Below the pieces are notes generated by a model that saw only the letters and a program-made list of their open reading frames with translations, was not told the origin of the DNA and made no database searches. A stretch of DNA of 62,893 nucleotides, filler included, from Diploschistes diacapsis (taxonomy: Eukaryota): assembly GCA_023645945.1 (NCBI GenBank). It is 10 parts of 10 records of this genome, joined end to end, with 100 filler letters (N's around TTAATTAATTAA, not from the genome) between each part and the next. Parts side by side here need not be neighbours in the genome. Positions count along the whole stretch, not along the records: positions 1 to 23,717 come from JALAIB010000257.1; positions 23,818 to 25,647 come from JALAIB010002576.1; 8 more parts are not named here. The stretch is one strand, 5' to 3'. The position numbers and the translations under genes were made by a program. Shown here in pieces: positions 11,898 to 25,002 of this stretch. Position 1 is the first letter of the stretch. Each line of letters starts with the position of its first letter.

Positions 11898-13958
11898 TGC
11901 TGCCGTTTTAAGCGGCACACACAACCGCTGCTGAACACCAATGACGGACGACCAGCTCGAGAACAGGAAGGCGCTCGACGACCGATGGTGAGCCAAACGG
12001 CAGGCTTGAAAGCTGTGATGCAAGAGCTGGAACCAGGCAACTGCGACTGCTTTGCTGGCAATTCGCTTGATCTGGCGGGAGCTGCACACCGGGAGACCAA
12101 AGTAAACAAGAGATGCTCCAAACGCTGCCGTAAAAGATAAGGATCTAGTCCATGCAACCTATCTGGCAGGTCCAAGCTGGAGAAGAGAGCAGTGCGGCGA
12201 CAACTTGCGAGTGATGCTCCTTTAAGAATAATGTCGATGTCAAGGGCAAGACTTGTAATGAGCCTCTGTTTTGGAAATATGGTCATGTTGTGGTCTGGGG
12301 GTTACACGTTATCCGCGAATGGGAACAGAGCTTGGCAGATCTGGTTGCTCAGTCAACAAGCAGCTGACTCAACGGTCGCCAAACAATGCCACAAGCACCC
12401 TAACGACGAATTGGGTAACTTAGCCGAAGAGCTACTACCACGGCTGTTACGGGTATAAGAGAATGAAGGCTTACAAGTAGATGCTCTAGCAATTAGAAGC
12501 CCCAATAATGGCAAGGACGAGTCGCAACAACTCGAGGATGCACCAGATTCATGGGGCGAGCAGTTGCAGCATTCACCCTGAGTAATGTAATTGACTGGCG
12601 TGTTACTCAAGTCGAACGATGAACAAGGTATATTGTACTTCCACCGATGCATCTCTGTCTCTCCTGTAGCGACCATGCTAAGCTATCCACTGTGCAACCC
12701 ACTTCATACAAGCCATAGCTCCCAAGGATGTACCTAGTTTCAAGGAACTAGTTACTCTCCGCCGTCCACCATCTTTGTTGCACAGCGCAGGCCCGGTCGT
12801 TATTATCATCCAACTGCCGAACAAGGAGGGGTCGAAGAACACAGCGAGCTAAGGCGGTACACTCTGACCTCACGACCAGAAGGCAGCAGCTGATCAGAAT
12901 GTCTGACGTTTGATGTGTTCAATCTGACTTGAGCTCCTCAATCAGAGACACGATCTGGCAAAACTCAGAAGCCCAAGGCTAGGGCTAAATAAAGTAAAAT
13001 GTTGTCAAGAGTCGGTCAACAAACCGCTGCATCCCACCCTTTTGCCCTCATCCCAAGCCTCACCAACGTGACCAGCGAGCCAAGGAAGAGCTCGTCGAGG
13101 TATACTCAGCTGAGATGGAAGCGAGCGTAGTTGACTGTCAGATTATGCTGTGTGTTGAAATAAGCTGATATGCAATGCTCACACACACATACACACACCG
13201 AAAAAGTTCCAAGAAAAGGCGGGTAGAAAGCAAGAGACCAAGAGCGCATTAATCAAGGAGTTGCAGGTCCAATGTCCATACATTTAGTATTAGCACGTAA
13301 CTTTCTCTGCATCTGCGTGTGTGCGTGTGTGCGTGTGTGTGCCGTTGCAGCGGGTCTGAGTCTGAGTCTGAATCTGAGAGAGTAGACTGTACGCGCAGTC
13401 GATGACTCCCACTCCCACTCCCACTCCCACTCGTTTACATCCCTTGTCCTTTACCACGAGGCTCTCGGGGACTAGTGATGCACAAAGAAGGTGTACAGGT
13501 AGCATAGGTAGCCAATTGGTATTGATGTCCAGGTAGGTAACTAGGTCCCTGATAGCATTTTGCCTTGGCGCTTAAACTAAACTTTGAAGTTCTGTCACCG
13601 CCAGAAAAATTTCTCGCTCTAGTCTACCACCACCGCTACAACTGCTGCTGCAAGCAACAACTTCACCGGCACAACCCCCCTGACGCTCAAGAGCCTTTTC
13701 TTTCTTTCTTTTTCCTTTTCTTCAATCAATCAGTATTTAGATCCAGTGCTAGCTGAGCATTCTCTGTAACTCTGACTCTGTACCTGACCGACTTCCCGCA
13801 CGTCTGGTGCCTGAAACCCTAATAAACGGCCTGACGTCCCCCACCGCTTTCTCCTCTTCTCTTCTTTTCTATTCGGCTCTTGCTCTTGCTCTTGCTCATC
13901 AACTCTCCATTCATTTCTCTTCCCCCCCCCTTTCTCTCCTCTTGCCCATATGCACAAT

Positions 13959-14684
13959 ATGGCAAAGAAGCAGGTCGACCCAGAGTTCCCTTGCTCGCTG
14001 TAAGCCTCATACACCCTTCCCTTTCTCCTTCACCGTGACATGCAGGTGTTGGCCTGCAGTGGCCAACACCATCTCCTACTACCATTATATAAAGAATATG
14101 GCCTTCACTTCACTCCCCTTTCATTTCACCACCACACAGCCTTCGATCTTTCTCTTGCAACTTCCATCATGGACATGCACAGACTCTACCCAGCTAACCC
14201 CATCCTCCCTCCCAGGGTAATCCGCACCCCCTTTCCCACCCACCGCCTTGCCTCTTCCGCTCTGAAGGCCCTCCAAGTCGACGCCGAGCTCTCGCCCCTG
14301 GTCCGGCGGTCATTCTCTCTCGTGTCGCCCAGCAACCACTCCCCATCCTCAAGCACCAGCAACCCCGCTACCACGGCTACCACGAACGGAACCTCGAACC
14401 ATAGCTCTACCCCACTGAGCTCCACCGGCTCCACCAACGGCGATCCAGGCGCTGGTATCAACAGAGACTCTACCGACAACGGCTCGAGCAGCAAAACGGT
14501 TCTGGTGACCGAGTACAAAGCCAAGACGAACCGCATGCTAAGGGTGGCGGTCAACGGATTCATGGAGAGCTTGGGAGTGGTCCTGGGCGTTATGGAGAGG
14601 CTGGACGTCGATGTCCTACCTTCCGCGGCGACAGTAGGGCCGGCGCCACCAACAGCAACGGCGCCTGTTGCTGCAGGGAACTGA
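13959..14684 (+). CDS. PCC1: EKC/KEOPS complex subunit Pcc1 (exons 13959-13999, 14216-14684)
   Basis: MAKKQVDPEFPCSL|VIRTPFPTHRLASSALKALQVDAELSPLVRRSF...YKAKTNRMLRVAVNGFMESLGVVL. The 216-nt intron (GTAAGC...GCTAAC...CCCAG) keeps the frame; Ser/Thr/Asn-rich internal insertion. Confidence 0.88.
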
Positions 14685-16001
14685 AGACTTCAGGCACGAG
14701 CAGCAAAGAGCAGAGGACGACTGATACGTGCGCAACTACGGCTACCACGGGACGCAACGGCGTTCAAGAAGATAACATTCGGTCTCAGATTGATAGGTTA
14801 CCCATTGGGGGGTAAGGGCTTCTCCGATAGGGCTTGGGTTCCGAAAAGCAGCCACTATCACAAACCTCACATTCTCCCACCTTCACTGTACAACGAGTAT
14901 GTGCCGGGGACCTTCACCGTTGACAAGGGCCGGACCCAGAGATCCTTGCTGGGAAATGGAACAACTTTCGCAGGTCGCTCGCGTACTACTCGAACGCAGC
15001 CACACCCGCACAAACATACTTTCACGCTCCCTTACAATCTTTCCTCATATATTCAACTGGTCCAAAAAAGGGAGAGGGGGCAGGGAAACAAAAAGGAACC
15101 CGGCGTTTTTGATTTTGGAATCGCAACACGACTAACGAACGACACTAGACTTTCCACGGCTCACTGCTCACGCTGTTCCTACAGACCTGCAATTTCTTTC
15201 CGTTGCCCCCTCCCCACTACAGCCTCGGCGTTGGTTAGGTTTCTGGATGCCAGGGCTTTTCTCGACGGGCCGACTTTCTACTTGTACTTCGTCAGTTAGA
15301 TTATAGAAACATAGACTAGCTCCCGCTTAATAATGGACAGAGACGAGGCAGCGATGCCTCCTCTTTTTCTATGCTTGTATGGAAATCTTCGAAAGAACAT
15401 TGAATCGGGATAGATGTATCGGTGCTGCGCTCGCTGTCGTTGCCGCCTTGGAAAAAAGCGAGTTCCGTGCCACAAAAACAAAAGTGCACCACCTGTCCCC
15501 AGCACAGGAAAGGCCAGTATGTAGGATGGTTGTATTCTATAGGGAATTTACAAGGGGAAAAAAAGTCAACCCATCGCTAAGCATACTAATGGCATGTCCC
15601 TCTCCCCCCCCCCTAGTTCTCAACCCTCGCCCTTCGCAACGACCCCACTAGTCTCCTCCAGAGCACCGTCTGTCCCCTTCCGCCGTTATCGCTTATGCCC
15701 CGCACAAAATCCAAATTCACATCCATGTCCTCATCTGCTTGCCTCCTTCCTTTGCCTTTGCGGTGCCTCTTTTCGCTCCGTGCTTGTTTGCCATCCGCGC
15801 GCACTGTAGAACTCGTGCGACCCGGACCGTCGCCCGCTCGGTCGGCGCTTACTCTTCTCCCTCGTCGGGCACCAACCACCCCTCTTCCGTGAAGTGCACG
15901 CCTTAGAGACGTTCCAAAAGACGGCGCGCGCGTGTAGCTTGGCTCTGCCCATGCGGTTACAAACGCATCCTCTTTCCACAGCCATTTCTGATGCCGTGGC
16001 G

Positions 16002-17995
16002 TCAGTCCGCTCTTGTACGCTTTTCCCCGGCCCGTCGTTTGGGCTTCCTGGAAAGATATGGTTCCGCAAGACGCCTTGATACACTCCTTTCGCTGTAGCT
16101 GAGGTCCACAAACGGCGGCAGCTTCGTCCTGACCACGTTACCAAGCCGTTCGTTGCCGACCATGCGGTCGTCCGCGCCGGTCTGGGTGTCGACGGACACG
16201 CTCAGTCCCTGCTCGGATAGAGCGCCGAAGTGACCGAATGCGGCCATGGCTTGATATTCTTCGTGAGCATGGTTGCGATAATCAGATACGCTGTCTGGCT
16301 TTTGCGAGCCGTCCATTGATCGGAAGGTATCTTGTTCGGGAGCTTCCTCATCCTCTATCGCGGGCGTGGCTCCAAAGCGAAAGCTCGTTTGTGTTCTGAT
16401 ATGGGCCCAGTGTTGTATGCTCTCCTCTGCTGTACTTGCTCGCAAAGGCTGAGCCCTGCGCAGACGCAGCTTAGCGGACTTGTTGAGCCAAGTAGCAACG
16501 AAGCGTACCACGTCGCCCTGACGAATAAGCTGGGGAAAGGGTGTGGCTTCGGAGCTGGGTTCCTGATCACCAGAGCCCTCATCGCTTGAATCAAAAGTCG
16601 CATCCGGATCTAGGGCGATCAAGCCCCTCTTTAAACCCCATCCTCCACCGCCACTGAGGACCCTCAAGAAGCGGTCTCCTGTATCGAGACTATCGTGAGG
16701 ACCTCTGTTATTTGGAAGCCCTGACCATCTCTCCTTTGGAGTAACTTGTGCCCATATTTCGTAGTAATCCGGCGGCGTTGCTCCGGGAATGATTATCCGT
16801 CCGGTAACCGCTGCCTCGAGTTCCTCCGATGCAGGTATCTCACCCGCAACGCCCATTGCGGATTTGAAGCTTCGAATTATGTTTCCGGCAGACTTTGCCA
16901 CGGCCCTCGGCGGAGTTAGAGCGTGCCACTTTTGAAAGTTTGGTTCAAGGGGCGTGTGAGGGTCATCAAGCTGAATATTTACTGTGGCGTGTGAAAGGTG
17001 CCTCTCTTGAGTCATATTGGCTTCAATCCCACCGGCTGGGGTTTTTTGCACCTTCCAGCGTTGCCCCATAAGCGTAGCAGGCCTTCCATTTCGAAAGATT
17101 GTATTTGTCAAAGGGAGCTGTACTGTATGACGAACAAGAGGAGCGACATACTGTCCGGCCACTCTCTTCGAAAAGTCATCATAGGAACGCATCGTAAAGG
17201 CGATGATCGAGGGGTTTCCACCATTTGGTATTGTGGACCCCTCGGATACGGGATTCCTTCTCGGAAAACCCTCTTCCCCGAATGCAGGATTAGAGAGGCT
17301 GGGAGTGCTTCGGTCTTCAGAAGCACCCCAAAGATTCAACCCAGCAGCTGGATGGTTGGTGATAAGGATAGACAGGCCCTCCAACCCACTTACATATGGG
17401 TGTTTATACGAGACTGGCTGAATGTGTTCAGCTGTGGCTGGGAAGGATATCTGGTCCACCACAGCGCCTAAGATATCAACATTAATGCTGTTTTCAAACC
17501 TCGTGTACAGCTTCTTCAATGTTCTAGCGATAAAGCCGTTGGAGGGATCAAAGATGTGCGTTAAGGATGGCGTAGCAAGGATCACAATTAATGGCTTTCC
17601 ATGTACCGGCAGGTGGGAAAATGGAATAGGAATTGTAGCCGTCGGCGCTGTCTTGGTACCTAGAACGTTAGTCCCCCAAATAGTAAGTGGAGCAAGCCGT
17701 ATGAACGCACAAATGTATCAGGCCATCTTGTATACAGCGACCAGCAGCAGGCCTCCCCATTTTGCCTCGCAGGCCCGAACGAGCGCTTGGCAGCTGGGGC
17801 TGTTGCATCCGGCGTTTGCTCAGCCTTCCGGTATGAAGAAGCATCTCGATACCAGCCGATCTGCAGGCTAGGCAGAGGTAACAAATGCCTCCATCCTAAA
17901 ACTGGAGGAATTGTAAAGCGCTGGAGATACAACAAGCTCTCACGGTTGAGCTTTTGGACTGTGGCAAGTAAGCGACAACTTGAAGCTGATGCCAT
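16002..17995 (-). CDS. Conserved fungal hypothetical protein, possibly mitochondrial (exons 17995-17711, 17651-16002)
   Basis: Intron 17710-17652 (GTGCGT...CTAAC...AAG) fuses ORFs 17660-17995 and 16002-17585 in frame. Family-like motifs VDILGAVVD, LPLTNTIFRNGRPATL, PASEELEAAV, RVLSGGGGWGLKRGLIALDP; Arg/Ser/Leu-rich N-terminus. Confidence 0.75.
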
Positions 17996-18459
17996 CTCAC
18001 GGCAAAGTAACAGAAGCGATCAGTGGATAGCAGGCATTGCGCTTCCATAAGAAGAATGCATTTGATTCTAAGCTAGAATTAGCACTAAGCCCAAAGAAGG
18101 CCCGAACTCTGCTTCCCCTTGTCATCCATTTCTTGGCAAACAACTGCGGGTTGGGGGAAGATAGATCAGGTTGTACCACTACAATAACCTTGAGAATCTT
18201 TAAGAATAATGCTCGATTGATATTCGAGAAGACACATAGAATTAAGTATATTATATTTCATCCGGATTATAGTGTTTGTTGACTTCGTACCGTCATATCG
18301 CTTTCTCTCGGTCCGAACGCTTGTTCGATGACAGCTTGCAAGTACCCAAGAGATTGCTTTCCCAACATATATACCCAAATAGAAATCAAATGTGTATAGG
18401 AGGCTGAAAATGACCCCGTCGTGCGACTTTGTCGCCATCCTTTTCCATCGTTCCGTGTT

Positions 18460-20610
18460 AATGGCTCTTCAAAAGCTTCATTATTTATTTGTACCCCTTT
18501 TCCTTGGCCAGATCTAGTGCAGTCTCACCATAACTTATTCGGTAGATCTTTTATTGGCGCCACCATTAAGAAGCACTTCAACAACCTTGTTGTGTCCACG
18601 CACCGCCGCAATAAAAAGCACCGTGGTCCCGCTCCTGTTCTTTACATTAGGTTCCTTTCCGCTGTCACAATTATCCCGAACGAGCAGATGATAGCTTTTC
18701 TCAGCCGCAAGCGTAAGTGGGAAACCGCCATTGTCAGCAGAAATATCCGCTCGCGCACCATGTCTGACCTGCAACCTAGCCAGCGGGACCTCCTTGAATT
18801 CTATGCTGCGGACGAAGCGGAGTGCGACCCTTGCTAATTTTCCCGTTGACGTTGGCACCAGCTTGCAGCAGTAGTAGAATCACATCAAGCCTATCGTGAG
18901 AATGATATGAAGGGAAAACCGCTTCCGAAAGATATTTCTTCTCGGATGGCTGAGTCGTTGACCTCTATCTTCAAAAGTTTGTCCGCAACAACTTCTTTTC
19001 TCCCAATAATAGACGTGCCAACAGGAATGCGGTTTCCCTGATTTTTTAGCAATTGCTGCGCTCCTTTCTGTAGCATATACTTTTAGGCAGCCATTTGCAA
19101 TGGTCCGTCTCTGCACGGGAGCCCATTTGGGTTGGCGCCTAGCTCCAGCAAGTAGTTTCCCATGCTTTCCACGTCCTCGTGGGCTTTGCCCTTCTCGGTT
19201 GATCCGGGAAGAGAAATCATTCGCTAAGGTCAGTAGATGCAATCGTAACTTCACTTTGAGAACAAAGTTCGATTACTGCCCTTGCTGTTTCGTAGCGATC
19301 CCCTCCACAGTCTTTTCAAAAGGTGAATGTTCCCCACCAGCAGGGTCTATTCCTCCTTCCAATAAGATTGTTACTGCGTTAGTGTGCCCATTACGAGCTG
19401 CCGCTTCTACAGCGGTCATTGCTTTGCACAACCATTTTCCTGTTCCAGTTGCATCTTTCTTCTTTCTAGTATCAAACGCAAGGCATCCGCATGGCCCCTT
19501 TCAGCAGCCTCAAATACGGGAGTATTGTAGCCAGGCGCCTCCCAGATTGCATTAGTTCTCGTCTTCATAGTCTAGTATCATATTGACAATGGAGGTATGA
19601 CCGCCACTTGAAGCCCAGCGAAGAGCTGTGAAGTCGCCACCAATGCCTGCTTTAAGCTTCGGATCGGCACCTTTATCGAGTAGTACCCGTACAACCTCTG
19701 TCATACCACTCATGGCCGCACGGTGGACACAAGGCCACCCGATAGATGTGATAGAATTTGCTTCTGCTCCAAGGGTAATTGCGCGCAGTGCTTCTTCATT
19801 GACTTTGTCCTCGAGTGTGGCGCAGAGCTGTGTCTGCAGGCCCTTTCGCTGTTCTGATGTAAGATATTTAGGAGTTTTTGTTAGCGTTGCCCAATATGCA
19901 TCATGAAAATGTATGCGGCACAACCAGGCTTAGGCAACAGGTCAAATATATCTTCAAATGCAGCCTCGTCAAAGCCACGAAGAAGCAGCGCACGGGAAGA
20001 ATTTTCGAATAAATTTGATTTTTCAGAATCAGAACCTTCTTCGGAGCGGCGAGCAGCCGTTGCTGCGTTCTGTAAGCTGAGAGTCAGTGTCTGGGGACTC
20101 GATGCATTGAGCCAAAACATGGTTCTGAAATGTCCCAGATCGTACATTCGGTGACAGTAGTTCAAAGTAAGCTGCGTCTTGCCAACGCCAGCTGCCCCGA
20201 AGAGTGTAACCGAGACAGGAGACGCAGTCTGGGACGTCTTGACATTTTTCCAGATACAGATCGATTTCCTCGATCAAGTGATCACGGTCATAAAATGGCG
20301 ACACCTGTTCCACGGGAACCCTCATAGTAGGTGGTTTCCTCAGCCGTCACGGGCGTAGCAACATGGGCGTCGATCACGTGGTGGAAAATAACATGGGTCT
20401 GCAGAACCTTTCCCGATAGCAGCGAGCTTTTCTCACCGCCTTAGTGTTTCCCGCCGCGCTGAGCATCTTGTCCACAATCTTTTCCATCCTGACCCAGACG
20501 ACCTGGCCCACACAGCCGGCGACGACGCCCCGCGTTTGCGTATTCCGACCGAGTCGACGAATTGCACAATGGCCGACGCCAAGCTCAAAGCAGATAGTGG
20601 ATCGATCCAT
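18460..20610 (-). pseudogene. Decayed fungal NLR: SesA/HeLo-like N-terminus, truncated NB-ARC, ankyrin repeats
   Basis: M-DPLSALSLASAIVQFVD at 20610 (broken by a GATC duplication), FYDRDHLIEEIDLYL, Walker A TLFGAAGVGKTQLTLNYCHR, TMFWLNASS, degenerate Walker B LLLRGFDEA. Ankyrin fragments follow (CVHRAAMSGMTEVVRVLLDKGAD, FTALRWASSGGH, TVLFIAAVRGHNKVVEVLLNGGAN, YGETALDLAKEKG), with multiple frameshifts and stops. Confidence 0.85.
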
Positions 20611-23600
20611 TAGTTTAATGTACCCAGTTTGCTGGTTCGTTGGCATCAGCTTGGCAAAAGTCTCTAGCTTTGGGAGGAGCAGACGGGATTGAAAGATGAT
20701 GTTATTTAATCACTCTTACTGTGTCTTCTGCAATGATATATAACAAATATCCTAGTACTTAATGCATTTCGGATTAGTGCGTTCCGTACGTTAAACTTTT
20801 CTATACACGGTTTTAATTACCACCCGTGAAACGTAAATGATTCATAAATGAATAAAATAATACAGGTATAAAATTAGGGGAGGGAAACTATGTCATACTT
20901 ACATGACGTGTGAAAAGTCCCGCATTATAGTGGTGGGATGGCCCCAGGCGATATCAAGAATAATTTTATACATCGGATACCTCTTCTACCACTTTATGCC
21001 TGCCTACCCAAGAACTCCACGTGTTTTGTATACATGATCGTAAGTATTCTCGGAGCTCTTGGTATCAAACCCCATTGGCGTGTCTTAGTCCTTCCTAAAA
21101 GAGTATAAGCTTGTAGCATTAGGGTCCATGGAAACCATTAATAATTTACGGAAGAAATAGACCTTTAGGGCAGAAACATTTTCTGGTTGATTTGGAGCAC
21201 TTGCCCAGCCTTCGACTCGTCCCCTCAATTCTCAACAATGAGGAATGCCACAAGCGTCTTGGGTTGTTCGAATATATCGCGGCCAGAAATAGAGACAAAA
21301 CAAAATCACCCCCATGCCACTTGCCGAGTCCGATTCAAGCTTCGCTTGGGAACATCAGCAATGCTGCGAAACGCGCACACAATGTTGATCCTGTGTCAGT
21401 TTACACCCAGGCATTTGTTCAAGTTATTAAACGTATCACCTTGGCAAGAATCGAATGCGGATGTGAAGTGACGGTGCGCTTGACTTCCGAGGCCCCAAAG
21501 ACAATGCATGACACCGAGGTCGCTATTCTTATTCTCGCAAGGTGAGACAATCAGATCGATCCAGAATTCCCGATATAGAGATCAGCCCTCGGCGTTTTCT
21601 CACTTCTCGCCGGCATCTTCGGCCCCAATTCAGGCGAGCTTGCCGGAGGCGGCTCAAGCACCCATGCAAGATCGCATCTAAAAGGCCTGAAGCGACTCCA
21701 CAGCATCTGGTGGGTGCAACTGTAACGTGGCCTGTGTTGAGGGATCTACAGACTGCGGCGGTGTTTCTCTCCTAGCCTATGCAAGGCTGACGGAGAACCT
21801 CGAAGGAGAACAAAGCCTCTCTATGGTTTGAAGCGGAAGGGGCAAGTCTACATATCCGTACATGCATAGGTGCATGCACAAGTACGGAGAGTAACGGATT
21901 ATTCCACTTTCTTCCGAATGCACCACGGTGTAGGCAGCAAGCTTATCCGCTTCTACGCATGGCTGCTGTTGCGGACGTTTTGCAGATGTGGTTGCTTCTC
22001 TTCCAGCCTTTTGTATTATCTCCAAACTTCCCACGTCATAAAGCCACAAAGAAAGGTTATATGAATACGAGTGGTGTGGCGAACCAAAGTCGTATGGACT
22101 AACCACGACTAAAGTGATAAGAGTCTTTAGCGCATACGCGATTGAACAGTTGGTGGGGACTGATAGTGTAACTGCAGCCTGAAAGGCCTCGTTCAAATCA
22201 AAGTGGCTGCTTCAGGATTGCTGTAGTAATTTTGTACGATTTTTCAAAAAGTGGAAGAAGCCGAAGCATGAAATGCCAGCAGAGCCTCGAATGTGCTCCT
22301 TTTCCACTGCACGTGCAATCCAAGGACGAATTCCATATCTCGACATGCTCGTCGATGGTCTGCAGAACTAACTGTAAAAAAGGATTAAGGTTCAGGCCCC
22401 GTTGACAGCGGAGTACGCGGTCTAGACTGCTTTGAGCATCCATGCCCTGCCTGCCTGCCTGCCTGCAATATCTTAAACCTTGTACTAGGCACAGGAACCG
22501 TTGCTGTAGATCAATGCAAGTGATTAACACCAAGTGCCGCGGTGGGGGTAGAGCTTTCGAGTGTTCGCTTGCCAATGCAGCTTGGATGGGCATAAGAAAC
22601 AGAGACAAATACCAACAGTTAGCTCGCTAGGAGTCTGGTATATCTCTGTTGTTGTTATTGTTATTGTTGTTGCCGTTGTGGTTGCGGTTGTTCGTTGACG
22701 TTGAGCAGAATGGATAGTCGATGGAAAAGTTGGTGTGGGTTGAGTTTTGCGCTATTGTGGCGGCTGGGTCCTTGATTGAATTGGGCTTAGCATCAGCTCT
22801 CTAGCAGCCACATCAGCAAGAGACAGGCAAGGCCGCTTTGGGTGGTTTGAGGTAGGGGGCCGAAAAACATTGGAAGTAAGCACTACTTCAATTCATATTA
22901 CTCGCATTGGAGTAAAACATCATGCTCTTATCTTGAAGGGACGGCAGAGGATCATGTGCGCGTGGTCGGGGTGTGGTCGCTGGTTCTTCATGGATGTACT
23001 CTGCCTGGTATTTCGGTATTGCCTTTTAAATTGCGTCCCAGATGCATAGTGAGATAGTGAGTGGAGAGAGATTTGCACCAGGGAAAGCAGGTAAAAGGCC
23101 ACGTGACGAGCGCAAGAGTAAAGGATATCTAGTACCTCCTTTCTTGGGACCACAGACAATCCACAATTCCATGCAATGTAATGCAATGCAGTGCATGAAG
23201 CGAAACAAAGAAAAAGTGAGAGAATAATGATGCCTGAAATGAATTGGAAGCCGGGTGTTGCTGGCCTCTCTGTACCTTACCTTGTTGTTTTGTTATCATG
23301 GATATCTACCTTTTGCTGTCCTGGGCTTGTCCTGGGCCATCCTGGCTGTCCTGAGCTTCGTGTGGGAGATTAAGCGAATCAAAACGGGGGGGCTGAGACT
23401 GTGACCAATTGGTGTCTTATGGGTCTGCCCACAGACTAGTAGTTCAGCTGTAGTTACTTTTGCTCCCCCAGTTGCTGTTACTCTCCCCACTTTCCGAGTC
23501 TCTTGGCCCTGCCCCTGCCTGCCTGCCCTCCCCATTCCCTAGTGGGCTTTAGTATCTACTCCTAGAGTCCTAGTAGAGATTGGCCTGCAAGTTCAAGTCC

Positions 23601-23717
23601 ATGGGATGGGTGTTTGCTCTTCGCTTGATCCGTGCTTCCACGCCAATTTGCTCCAATATTATCGCTCCTCCTCCTTCTCCAATCCCGTTCCACCGTCAAT
23701 ACCCATCTCTCCCCCCC

Positions 23718-23817
23718 NNNNNNNNNNNNNNNNNNNNNNNNNNNNNNNNNNNNNNNNNNNNTTAATTAATTAANNNNNNNNNNNNNNNNNNNNNNNNNNN
23801 NNNNNNNNNNNNNNNNN
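23718..23817. other. Artificial contig spacer N44-TTAATTAATTAA-N44 (also 25648-25747, 27577-27676, 29506-29605, 31434-31533, 55200-55299, 57126-57225, 59049-59148, 60972-61071)
   Basis: Nine identical 100-nt spacers carrying stop codons in all six frames. Confidence 0.99.
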
Positions 23818-25000
23818 CCCCGAATGTCTTTCGACATCGATAGAATAACGGAACAAGGAATTACTACTCGAAAAAAAATAAACAACCGAAATGTCAATAT
23901 TATTATCGAAATTATATAAGATATTTAAAATTTCGTTAAAAGATATATGGTATTAATATAATAACGATAAAAGCGATACGCGGACGAGTATCGACGTTTC
24001 GTTAAAAAGATTAATCCCGACGACTCGATTTAATTAAATATATATAATATTAAAATTATTCGGGCCTATAAGAAATTAAATAATAAATAAAGCGGCCTTT
24101 ATAACGTTTTACGAAAGATAAGCGATATAGATTTTAAGCTGGATTTATTAGCGTCGATAAAGTAATTTAAAACCATTTATTCGTTTTTATTTTTAAAAGA
24201 CCCGTAAGACTTTTTAGAAAGATAGACGTATCTTAGATCATTTTCGGTAAAGACGGAGGACGGAAAAGAATAAGAGATCGAGGAAATTCTCGACGTTAAA
24301 AGAAATCTCGGGCGAGGAATGAACGTCTAATATAGAGTACGTTAAATGAAATGATTTACCGACGATAATTAATATCTCGCCGTTAATTTCGAAAATGTTT
24401 TCGAGATTTTACGGAAATTTTATTAATTAAATCTCGAAAAGATAAGATTCCCGTAATTAATAATATCCGGAAATAAATAACTTACGTGAATAAGAATTAT
24501 AAACGGAAACGAATTTTTAAAATAAGGTAATATCGATTATTACGACGATTATATTTTTTTATAAAATTTGAAAGCGTATTTAATTAAAAACGACGTTAAA
24601 AGAGTTTTAAAGAAACGGAAACATTTATTACGAAAGAATAACGGGTATCTTTTCAAATAAATTAAAAAAAGGGGTGAAGATCGAGGTGGAGATTGATTAA
24701 AAAAGAATATCGCGTTTATAAGAGACATAAGTATCTGGAGAAAGGGGTAGTGAGATAGTTTAGTCTAGGGGTCTGTTAAGCTGGGCCTGTTAAGCTACGG
24801 TAGGGTTAATGTTTAGATGCTTGTCAAGTTACGGCAGGGTTAATGCCCAGGGGCCTGCTAAGTCACGGTAGGGTCAATGCCTAGGTGCTTGTTAAGCCAC
24901 GGTAGGGTTAATGCCTAGGTGCTTGCCAAGACACGGTAGGGTTAGGGGGTGGTTGTGTAGACGGGTAGTCCCCGAACCCTGGTAGGTCTGGCATTTATAT
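23818..25000 (+). mobile_element. RIP-mutated Ty3/Gypsy chromovirus 3' region: integrase tail/chromodomain, PPT and start of 3' LTR (24751-25000)
   Basis: ~24250-24430 reads EDGKE*EIEEILDVKR...YRVR*...YLAVNFENVFEILRKFY (chromodomain). Purine tract GGAGAAAGGGGTAG precedes TGAGATAG; the LTR contains five 34-bp tandem units. Confidence 0.8.
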
Positions 25001-25002
25001 TA

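Noticed and set aside
16020..16030. Programmed -1 frameshift at GGGGAAAAG
   Set aside because: The heptamer is not in the X_XXY_YYZ phase relative to the upstream ORF.
21187..22630. Short ORFs between the NLR pseudogene and the contig end
   Set aside because: No recognisable domains or convincing splice model.
23762..23773. TTAATTAATTAA as a biological motif, and ORFs ending in ...XXLIN
   Set aside because: Assembly spacer repeated identically nine times.
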